The position numbers were made by a program, and so were the translations under genes. 64,000 nucleotides of DNA from Podarcis gaigeae (lineage: Eukaryota). The stretch's first letter is position 1. Each line of letters starts with the position of its first letter. The notes beneath the pieces are model-generated. The model saw only the letters and a list, made by a program, of their open reading frames with translations, made no database searches and had not been told where the DNA came from. The stretch is from assembly GCA_964106915.2 (NCBI GenBank), contig OZ066916.1. One strand, 5' to 3'. Shown piece after piece: positions 15,601-27,600 of the stretch.

Positions 15601-18600
15601 GTCAGATCACATGTCTGTGGCCACAGCATGAACCACAAAAATCATACATCCACTTTTTCGTTTAGAATATTTTTTCCCCTTGTTTTACTCCTCTAAAACT
15701 ACGTGCGTGTTATGGTCGGGTGCGTGTTATAGAGAGAAAAATACGGTAAATGAGGTGACGGAATGGAGTAACCTAAAAGAAAGCATGGCTTTGTGAACAG
15801 GAGCACTTGGCAGTGCATCGTTTTGTTGAAGGTCCTACACTATTCCGTAAAATAGTTTATCGTACAATAAGTTCCTGCCCTGACAGTAGAGTCTCACCCT
15901 AACCCTTTAAAAAAATGCAAGTTTCCTCACACAAACCTGAACAGAACAGTCCATGAGAGATTTTGGCATCTTCTTCTCTTCCACAGACAGCGGCTGCCAG
16001 GTCAACCAGCGCTCTGGATTTGTAGTAACGACACTGCTCCAAAACGCTACTAAAGCAGCATTCACCAGTTCTGACCACACGAGAGAAATTTCTTCTGCAG
16101 AGACCTAAAAGCGCAGGACAAAAATGCAGAAGACTTAAAAGAAGCTCTCAATGTTTGCCTCTGCTTTTTTAGTGTTCTAATGGAAGTGTGCACAAGTTTT
16201 ACTTTTCAGGGACCAACCACATCAGCTAGAATTTTCCTTAGCTTTCTTATTAAGGACAGGAAGCATTTCCTGCATCAGATATGAAAGTAAGGTTCTCCCT
16301 TGGTCCTAAGAGAGAACGTAAGACAGAAAACACCACCACCAACCACATTCAACTAGTTATAGGTAAGGACCTACTGCAGCATTCTCTGGACAAGCAATAA
16401 ATGGGAGGGAATAGAGGAAACTGAGCCAGATGCACTGGGAATAGTACACCAAAAGTGATGCAGCCTACATAGGAGCAAGCAAATAGCATGGGGGGAAGGG
16501 AGAAAGAGTGCCATAAGAACTTATAGCAGTACAAAGAGTTTAACAATGAATCAAGCAGAAGGAAAGAACTTTCCCACTCCTAAAACTTTGCAAGCAACCA
16601 CAAGATGCTAGCTGATTCCTGAAGATTGTTTCCAGGACATTGGACAACTGAAACCAGAGATGCTCACCAGGTAGCAAGGTTAAGGAGACAAAGTAAGGGG
16701 GGCAAGAGAGGAGAAATGTTGGCTCCTTAATCCACAGCGGATGCTTTTTAGAGCCATCTTACCTACTTTCAATTTTCCCGTTGTTTAGTTCTCGCTAAAC
16801 ACACAGTTTATCCAAAAATAAATATGGGAAGTCAATCAAGGACTTCTGTTTAAATGCCAGGAAGTTAGTCTGTCATCTCCTGCCCCCCCCCCATGTAGCT
16901 GCTCCTTTTATTAAGTAACAGTTAAATTTATGTCGATTTGATTTTTTAATTCTTTACATAAATTACTCAAAATATGAACGACAAAAAAGAAAATAATGAT
17001 GATAATAATAAAGTTAAAATGACCCCTGATCGTTAGGTCCAGTCATGGCTGACTCTGGGTTTGGCCGAGGGAGTTGGCGTACAGCTTCCGGGTCATGTGG
17101 CCAGCATGACTAAGCCGCTTCTGGCGAACCAGAGCAGCACACGGAAACGCCGTTTACCTTCCCGCTGGACCAGTACCTATTTATCTACTTGCACTTTGAC
17201 GTGCTTTCGAACTGCTAGGTTGGCAGGAGCAGGGACCGAGCAACGGGAGCTCACCCCGTTGCGGGGATTCGAACCGCCAACCTTCTGATCAGCAAGTCCT
17301 AGGCTCTGTGGTTTAACCCACAGCGCCACCCCCGTCCCTGATGATAATAATAATAGAGATAAAAAGTACCCAGGTGTTTGACACTGATAATGAGAATGTG
17401 CAGAGCACTATAATGCAGCCACTTTTGATATCATATTACATTTTCCCTTGTTTTGTATGTTGCGGGTCTCTGTCCTGGATTGGAGAATACAGTGCCATGT
17501 GAATAAAGAAAAGAAAAATGAAAAGGGAAGGGGAGTTTTCTGAACTTAAAATTTGTTCCTACCTTTTGAGAGTCTAACAAGTAATAAAGGCCTTGAAGCT
17601 GTTGTGAGGTAGATGGTGTAAACTTAAGGCAGAAAGCAATAAATTGCCTTATTTCTGAACATAGGCTTGATTGTTGACTGCTCCCATTCCTGAGAAAAGA
17701 AAAGGCATGGCTACTGATTGATAGTTTGTATACACACCAAGGTACAAAAATAATGAAAGGGGAAAGACGCGACACGTCAATTAGAAATTAAAGGAAAGTC
17801 CCACATTCAAAATCATCCTGGTCCTATCAGAAATGTTCAGAATGTCTCATAATCCTTTTGAGACATAAATTCTGAAATTCTCCCCAATTCAAAGTTACTT
17901 GCATTTCTGTCAGTAGACCTGAGGTTTAAAAACATCTTGAGACATTCTAGCTCAGAGTGCGTGTTCATGAATTTGCTACCTGACAGAGCCATGGCAAACC
18001 ACAAGATAAAAAGACTACAAAAGCTTAAGGAAGGCAAAGGCTGGAAAATCGACCTTACATGAATCCCAGTAACCTTTTGCTCCGTCACAGAAAACTTGTC
18101 CTCACCTTTGCAAGGAAGCCTCAGCTATACAATCAGTGGTTAGCTTGTACTGCCAAAGCACAGCTAGATACTCCATTGCAGGCCACAGTTGCACCTTATT
18201 GCAGAGCTGAGTTATCAAACTAGAATCCACCTGTTTGCCTTCAGCAGGCTTTTCTTTGAGAGGCTCAAGCAAGACACCTCCTTCCCTCAGCTTTGACTGC
18301 TGGAGATTCACCAGAGCCCATAACTCATCTGAAAGAAATAAAGAATAGAAATAGCCTGCAACTAAAATCTTGTACCAAATTAAGATTTAAGGCAAAAACA
18401 AACTCACTCATCAGCACAAATTATAACAGGGGGGGGGGATACAAACCTGGAAATATGAATTTTATCTGAATTTTTATGTTCGTTTGCAGGAAACACGGAA
18501 GTTTACTATATGAACATGAAAATATATATTTGAAGTAACCTGTAGTACAAACATTATGAGGTGTTCTTCGCTTCACCTGACCACAAATAAATCATTTACC

Positions 18601-21600
18601 TGAAATGACATCCTTCAAATTATTGGCTCTGAGAACTAGGCCTTGAGCCTGGAGCAATGCAGTCTTGATTTTCCACTCTGTGGCAGCCATTTTCAGAATA
18701 CAGACCTCCTTCTGCCATTCACCATTTCCAATAGCGGGTCTCAGCTCCTGGACATTAAGTGCTTTGGAAATTTTCCGCAACTGAACGGACGCATCCACTA
18801 CTCCTACATCCTGAATAAGTTGAATAAAAATAAAAATGGCAACTCCCAACTCAATAGATTGAACACTATTTTCTATTGTTTTACTAAAATGCATGATAAG
18901 ACCACTTATGCTGACCTCTTCTGTAAAGACTGAAGCGGTGCATATAATTTATATGCATGCAAGCAGCAGTCAACCCTTTAGGCAATTGCGCCAAAGTCCA
19001 AAGCATGAGAATGCCCCACACTAAGGGTGCACACTTTGGTATGTATGCAGTACTCTGTCTAAGAGAGTGGGTACTTTTGCCTCCGGTTAACAGAAGCAGT
19101 GCTGCAGGACAGGACACGCAGGATCAACGGTTTGCTTCGTTTCCTAAGCCAGGCCCCATTGGTCTCACAGCTTCTGCACAAGCATGCTACTAAAAATCTG
19201 CTGCCTGAGCATTTGTATAGCTGTGCAAGTATATTCAAAAGTGATATACTGTACTAGGAACTGCTATCTAGGAACACAGAAAACAAGTCAGCTGATTGGT
19301 CCATCTACCCAAGTACTGTGTGCACTGGATGGCAGTAAGCTCTCTGGGTTTTCAGGCAGGAATCTGAAGATTAATCTTGAGAATTTCTGTGCACAAGGCA
19401 TGCATTCTGGGGAAACCCAACCAGATGGGTGGGGTATAAATAATAAATGATGATGATGATGATGATGATACTTAACTATGGCTCTCGCTGTAGGGTGTTT
19501 AGTAAGTCTGCTCTAACTTTTATTGAAAGGAGAGTACCGGTATTTATATTTCTAAATCCATACACTCACTTGATCACCTTCTTAAATATCTATAAGCAGT
19601 TCTGTAACTCTGAGACACAAGATCCTTAAATAATTCTAGATGGGTAGGGTAGCAGTGTAATACAACAGTTTTTCTAAAACGTATTACCAAAGAGAAACCT
19701 CCATAGAAGTCAACGGTACTCAGTTACATATAAATACATTGCACCTTGAATGGAAGAGGTCTTCCCCAAAACTTCTGCAGCTTCTTTACACTAGCAGAAA
19801 CACCAGCAGGATTGGCTAGACAAGCCTGGATTTGTTGTGAGGCAGACTGAATATCCTTGGGCAGCCTTAAAATAAGAGAAGAAATAGTTGTTTATACAGA
19901 AAACTGAGAAAAGGTAAGACTGGTCATCAAACCATGCATGCAGCCTGGATATACAGCAACCTATGAAACCTCATTCTCCCAGTCCAAAGCTTCCCAAACA
20001 GTGTGTCACGACACATTAGTGTGTCAGCTGCAGTGTGTAGGTGTGTCACACAAACACTCCCCGCACTCCTCCTAGGGCTGGAAAGGGGTTAGTTTAACCT
20101 CAGGTTTGCTAATAAAACTGAATTATAGCTGGTACATAGCCATCTTGACATGATTACCTACAGGGAACACTAAGAATACCTCTGTGCAGGGACTTTATAC
20201 CTTCTAATCCCAGCCATTCCAACATATATAGGAAACATAATAAAACCTTAAACCTTAAAAAGCTTCCCTATAGAAGGCTGCCTTCATATTTAATGCATTG
20301 GTGTACAAGCTAAAGACAACATACTTCTGCTGCTCGTATGTGCTCAGCAACTTAGTTGTCCTGCTGATTAAATGTTTCACAACCCAGTGCCAGTGAAGAG
20401 ACAGGAGTGCCAAGCCAGAGGAATCCACAGCAACCATGTCCGATATCGTCCAAAACCTGTCACGCCACAATAAGCAGTGCAGTATCTAGAGACAAGCCAG
20501 AAAAAAATTGAGTCTTCCATTCCATGATGCACACGGTAATGCTTTTTCAGGTGGAGAACATTGTTCTTTAATCATTAGGAAATGACACATGTCTTAAATC
20601 CAAAAGGGCCTTGTTTGAGCAGAAAGACACCTTCATTCCTGAGAATGAACACAAGCTGCTAGGCAAAAATTGCACCTTCCAACCTTTGGTGTCTCAGGAG
20701 GGTAACCTCTTGCACTTCACCCACTGAGCTATGAGCCTGAAGTAGACTCCCTGTGGTCCTTGCTCAGAGAATCTCTTAAGGCAGCTTCCATGACCCATCC
20801 AGGCTGTGCTCTAGAAAACAGTATCTTTCTGGAAACAGATTTCTCTGATCTAACATCCTAAATTAGACCAGAAAAACAGAAAGCTGGAGCACTGCAGTTC
20901 TTGCAATTTAGCTTATCCTTTAGCATGAAGATGATCAGCTTCCCATTTCTGCAATCATTCATAGATCCTTGGCTTCGTTCTGGAATGTACGTATCTTTAC
21001 AGGGGCACACTATTTCCCTACAGTTCAAACTAGGCAAAACATTTATCTGTTTTAGATGAACTCTTATTCCTAAGTCAGAGGAATCTCTTGAATGTGACTA
21101 ACCACTTTGCCCGATCCTCCAAGCAACTGGAATAGACAGGTGGATTTCATGTCGTCTTCCCAGGTTTCCACTTTCAAACAAAATGGTATGACAAAAATAT
21201 CAGAGACCGTAACACAGGGAAAGCAAGTCGACAGCTCCTAAAGTCCAAGCAATGGGTGACCCCAGATGTTTGTATGGTCTACTTACTTCATACATTTTTT
21301 CATCAGACACAGATCCTTGAGTAGACTTCACCCAGTTCAGCACGAAGGCATCCCAAAGTTCAAAAAAGCCTGCGAGGTTCACCACAACAGCATGCGGCAG
21401 TGAGCTGTGGCTGCCGGGATCTTCATTTCAAGAATAAAATTTAACCAAAAGACAATGCAGAAAATTAAACCAAAAGAAAATGCAGAACTGTATCCAAGCA
21501 CCATGCTACAAAAACAACATCAGGGATTCGTTTAAGTAATTTTTAAATGGAAACACAATAGATACCTTTATGGAACTCCAGTGACATCCTCAAAGCACTA

Positions 21601-24600
21601 GTTCTTGGCTTTTTGGTATTAATCAGGCTCCTTTCAACGTAGCTCTTTTTCTCACGGTCCAGAAGCAGTATTGCCCTGTAATCACAACACAACAAACCCA
21701 CATGGATATCATTTAAGTTATGTCAATAGTATATCAAAATCCTGTTAAGAGGAAGCTAACAACCCACAAATTGAATAGAGAATTTATAATCTGCATCAGA
21801 CGAGCAAAACAGGAGGAAAGAATTCTGACTACAGCAGTGGGTAATGGCAGAAGATGCATGAATATTCTGAACGATTTATGTAAAAATGAGTTTCCTTGTG
21901 AAATAAAGGTTTTGATGTAACTGTACGCTTAGATTTTGGATTATCAGTGAGCATAAGGGTACCTGACTTTTTCTAGTTTGTACATTACACCAGCCTTCAT
22001 CAACCTGGTGCCCTTGAGTTGTTCTGGACTACAACTCCTATCAGCCCCAGCACAGCATAGCTGTGGCTGATGGGAACTGTAGTCCAAAACTTCTTAAGGG
22101 CACCAGGTTAGTGAAAGCTGCCTTACAACTTGCCTTCCAAAAGAAAACAGAGCCAGGGATTGCTTGGTTGTTGTTTTTAGCAGTTTAAGTGGGGGGGTGG
22201 GGGTGTCTGTGACAATTATAGACTATCAACCAACTTAAAAAGGGAAAGACATTATTATAGAATGTGGAAATGACAAACTAACTTTTCTAATCAAAATAAC
22301 AGAACGAAGGTGGATACCAATTGGGCCTCCACATGTTGCTGGAAATACGACACCCATCATGCCTGGCCATCGGCCATATGGGGAGAGTTGGGAGACCAAA
22401 AACATCTGAAGGGCCACAGGGTTTCCCCATCCCAGAAATAGCACATGTGTGACTGAACTCACCGATTTGAAAGTGATTTCAGCAGGATAAGCAGCTGATC
22501 CGAGTGTTCTTCTGCTTCAAAGTCCACTGAATTGCTAATGATATCCAAACACTGCATGTTCCATCTGGGATCCATAGGAATCACATGCTCATCTGTTTTG
22601 ATAGATGAACAACAAGGAAAACTCACGTTTGTTTTCATTATAAACATTTTCCAACTCCCTCAATCCAAGAAATATTGCATGAACAGGATAACACCTAACA
22701 CATGTTCACTGCGTGTGTATCTGAAGAAGTGTGCATGCACACGAAAGCTCATACCAAGAACTAACTTAGTTGGTCTTTAAGGTGCTACTGGAAGAAATTT
22801 TATTTGTTTTGACTATGGCAGACCAACACGGCTACCTATCTGTAACTGGAACTATGGAAGGCACCACATTGAGCCGCATGAAATGGAAGTCCATCAACCA
22901 GTGTATCTGAAGAAGTGTGCATGCACACGAAAGCTCATACCAAGAACTAACTTAGTTGGTCTTTAAGGTGCTACTGGAAGAAATTTTTTTTTGTTTTGAC
23001 ATGTTCACTGCGTAAACGAGAGATTTGTTTAAATGGGAACGAACGTGGGGCAGGTTCCAATATGCAATTTACTGCATCTTATTTTACGCAGAGTAGCATT
23101 TTCTAAGCCCAATGAAAGGTTTTTTTTAAAAAAAACAAAACAAAATACAGCCCACTCAGTTCTGTTGCAAGCTACGTTTCACTCCCCATAACCTCCTCAA
23201 TATTGCAAATCAATCTTCACTGTATCAAAAACACAGGAAGAGAAAACACACACGCAGCCAAGAGAGAAAGAAGACATCTTACCGGTCATATTTGGTTGCA
23301 GCAACTTTATTACATTACTGATCGCACCTGAGAGGGGACTGAAGTAAAAATTATTCAGAGATGCCGCACCGGCTTCCAGCTGAGTATACACTGAATCTGT
23401 AGAAAGAAGACGACCTGTGAATTCATGCCTTTCTAAGCTTATTATTTTTATTTATATGCTGGTAAGAATTCTTACTCTCCCTTCCTCGTCAGGGCAGGTT
23501 GCAGCAATAGCACAATGAAGAAAACAGATAGAGCAATTACAATTATAAAACGAGTGAAACAAAACAGAACAGTGTAATTTCAATTAAACGTGCTGGGTCC
23601 CACGAATCAAAACACCTGGACTGCCAAAGGATTCCGTTGCGATCCAATCCCAAAGCCCCTTCCACCCCATGCATAAGGACCAAGAACTCCTGTGCATATA
23701 TTGGGGGGGGGGCTACTTCCTATTAGCTGCAGCTCCTTACACATCAGGTGACGTGCTGAAAGTCCAGCAACCTGAATGAGTGGGGTATTCATGGGGCAGC
23801 TGTGAGAAGAAAGCCAACCCCTGCAGAGAATGCAGTCAATTAATCAAGATAAAGCTGAATTGGTATCAACATATGAAATCAGTTGTGAGCTAGGGAAACC
23901 CAGCCAGATGGGTATGGTTATTATTATCAGAGGCCAAGAAGAAGCTGCAGGCCACAGAGCCAAGAAATTCCAGTTTTGGGGTTGAGAGTCTAATCAATTA
24001 TTATTATTTTTGGCCATGAGACACTATTTCCTTTCACTCACTTATTGCACACACTATTCTGGTGACGCTGTGCTTTTGACTTCCTCCATCTCTCAAGCAT
24101 AGGATCGTGCTGCATGATTCTCTTCCACCACCACAAACATTCAGATTAGTCTTGCTTAAGCAGCAAGAGTCAACACTTACCAGGCACTTGTGGCAAATTC
24201 TTTTTTAACTGATTAAGCCACCCAACTCTCAACGTCCAGTCTTGATTCGTTGCTTTCTCTATGAATAACTTAACGGCTGCAGAAAGGACCTCCATGCCGT
24301 CTGCCCAAGAGGCACTAGCTTCCACTGCACCAAATTTGAGGCAGTCTGGATTAGGAGAGTGCAGGATTTTCTCAAAGTCATGTATAGTGAGAGGCAGCGT
24401 CCTGAAACGAGAGGTCATTGTAAGAAGATCATACCTATGCAAAGAACAAACCATCTATACAATTTCCAAAGGCCTAGAGGAGATTTAACCTCTAAACATG
24501 TTAGAAGTAACCATGGTGTGCTGCCTTAACTCTGAGTAAAATCCCAGCTGGACACTGAAACCATGCTTTCAAACTATTGCCACGTCCAGAATTGACGCTT

Positions 24601-27600
24601 TACAGTATTCCATTTTTCCAACATGAACTATTAAAAAATGTGGTAACACCCACATTTTATGTGATCTTTCACATGATGTAAGACATATCTGGAAATCTGT
24701 GGGACCTAATGGAAGTTCAATGCTCATTTCCATGTTAACTGCTTCCAGAAAAACAACAGCAACTGTGCACCACACCATTAACCTGGAATATCTCAATAGT
24801 TTTGAGCTGTAATTTCCCTGCCGTTTTCATGTGCTGAAATCTAGGAGAGTAGGTAGTCCATCATACAGTTCCCCTCCCCCCAACATTTTCATGGGTGAAC
24901 AATGGGGGAACTGAAGCATGTATGCATATAGAGGGGGGTGAAATGCCCAATGACACCCGTGACGTCCCGCCCACTGGTGAGAATGACTTTTAGCATGACA
25001 TGGTGGTATATCCATCAAAAAGCCACGGTTCCATAACGCAACAGGTAATGCAGTGTGAAAGGAATGTTAGAAACCAGTAGAGCAGGGCTAGCATTATAAC
25101 CAAAAGAGCAACACAATAAACCCCACATTTGAAAGCAGCTTAAGCTTCGCAGGTATAGGGAATGAGAGCTGCTTGCTACCTTGTAAGCAAGGAGAGTGGA
25201 GGCAGGAAAACGGCCTTAACTATGGTAGCCCAGTGCAGATGTAACTGCTAACGTTGCTCACTTGTTTACATAGAGGGGCAGGCAAAAGGCTGCTCACCAA
25301 TTAACCTGGAACAGTTCACTCTTATATTTCCAGAGGGATAGCAACACCTTGTGCTCACCTGCTGTTTCTCAGATTCAGCCTGTTCAGGCAGTAAGCCAGG
25401 ACCTGGCCATCGTGATGAACCATAGAAAGCAGAGAGTCTTCAGCTGCAAACAAAGCACTGGATGCAGAATCTGGCCACAATCCTAAGGCAAGGAGGGAAG
25501 CACCCCTCGTTTCCTCTGAATCCAAGACTGAAACATGCTTCATTATCAAGTCCAGCATATGCTAGTATATCAGGAGAGGCAAAAGGAGAAGATTAGGTTC
25601 TTCAACTGGGAAAAACAACAACAGTAGTCTTCTTTCTGTAACATTTTTCTCAGGCATGGAAAACAATTAAAATGTAGCAGTTGGTTTGAAAAGACAGATA
25701 TATACATGGTCTCTAATTCTTGATTGCTCAGACTTTGAACTGTCTCTCACTGATTTTGCAAAAGTTGACTCTCTAGCACAAACACTTGATGAGCACATTT
25801 CCAACGGAGGAAGACTTACCTTTTGATTGTCTCCTGACTGTTGTGAACTGACGTAGATGTCCCAACACGCTTTATAGAAGCTCTTTGCTAAACCGAATCC
25901 TCGGCGCAACTGCTGCACGATCAGCGTTGCAGCATTAATCAAAGCAGATAGAGTGTAAGAGGAACCTGAGAAGGAAAAATTAACATTACAACCCACCAAG
26001 CACCTTTGTAGAATGCCTAGGAATTTAACCATTTTTTTTGCTTTTCCCCTTTTTCAAACCACCTACCTGAGCTAACTTCCGTATTATAAATCTGAAATCA
26101 TAATCAAAATTTCCCAATTCATTCTCTCTCTCAGATGGTCTCTAACACAATCACTAAATGGAAGTTATTCTCTTTAGCGCTTGCCAAGTTTATTATGCAT
26201 GCTTATCTCACCTGCTATGCTTTCCTTAGCTTCTGTATGCAGAGCAACGAGCTCATCACATATGCTGCTTCCAAACAAGCCCATTCCATGAAGCAGCAGC
26301 TTCACATCGTGAAGATCCAATGAATCACTCTCTCCAGGAACGTAGATCTCAATTCCACGATTCCGCATGGCTCGGGATATTTCGCCGTGTGATGGATCCA
26401 TCGAAAGGAAAAGCCTTTTTAAAGTTTCAATACACATAAGAGAGTATGGTTATTTAAGTTACCCATCCAGTATGTAATCTTACACTGCTGCTCCTGGGGT
26501 GGAGCGAGCGAGGAAGAGGTCACACTACAGCCTTGCAATTAGGCACTTGCCTGCAATGTTTAGCGATCAAGGTTATCACCTTGGTAAGAGCAATACCAAC
26601 AGTACATTTCTAAGCTGAGTTTCTATTAGAGGGGTACTTGGTTTGTCTGGGTCTTCCCTATGCACAAAGTTTTTTTTAAAAAATGCTTATTGCACCCCTG
26701 AACTGCCTCCTCTCCACCACCAGGGAACTCTGCCTTGGGAGAAAAGGGAACTAACCACACTGTTCTACTGTCTTGGCTAGGTGAACACAGAGGCATGTTG
26801 TGGCTGCTACTTTCATGGCTCCCTCCTCTCCTTATCCTACTTAGAATCAAAGAATTGTAGAGTTGGAAGGGACCCTGAGGATCACTGATTCCAGCCCCCT
26901 GCAGTGAAGGAATATGCAACTGTCCCTATATACAGGGATCAAGCCTGCAACCTTGGCATTATCAACACCGCACTCTAACCAACCAACCTCCCCAACCTGC
27001 TTTATTAAACTTGCTGGACACCCAAATAGCAAATGCTCTCTAGGCTTTATACAGAAAAGGAGGAAATGATTTTTTAAAAAAACACAAGAATCCAGTAACA
27101 ATCTAAAGGCAATAATTAAGCAGAGAATGAAAACGTATGTGTGTCCGTGCGTGCCTGCAAATACACATGCAGTTCAGAGAAGGTGGAGAGACAAGCATTC
27201 GTGCATCACAATGCTTCGCTGCTCAGCAAAGGAAGACAAATGACCTTGTTGTAAAAAAAAAGGGGGGGTGCTGAGAGAAAACTATCAAGCAATATATCAC
27301 TTTGTTGACCCAGCTGAGCGATGATCAAACCTACACTTATTTTCAAGGCTGCAGTAGTGATACCTTAAAGAGACGGTGTTCCCACCCCAGTGCATACTGC
27401 AACTCTCAAAGCATAATCCAACAACACACTCCAATAAGCACAAAGAATGTCAGCGCACCTGAAATTTGGATGCGGTGTGATAGTGGGGGTTACACCATCG
27501 ATCACTCCTCTTTCACTCATGGTGAGGACTCCTCCAGGTTCAAGCAGAGCATTCAAGCGGTCCAGCACAGAAGGACTACACACAAGAAGTAAAGGAACAA

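Larger units (their letters stand above)
22715..22998 (+). mobile_element. Non-autonomous Penelope-like (retrozyme-type) retroelement, 1.5 tandem units, two hammerhead motifs
   Basis: Direct repeat with 186-nt period (22715 and 22901), identical apart from a T-run; 15-bp TSD ACATGTTCACTGCGT at 22700-22714 and 22999-23013; no ORF. Confidence 0.8.

Noticed and set aside
17230-17338. tRNA gene
   Set aside because: The A/B-box region is the head of a Sauria SINE flanked by TSDs; no complete cloverleaf.
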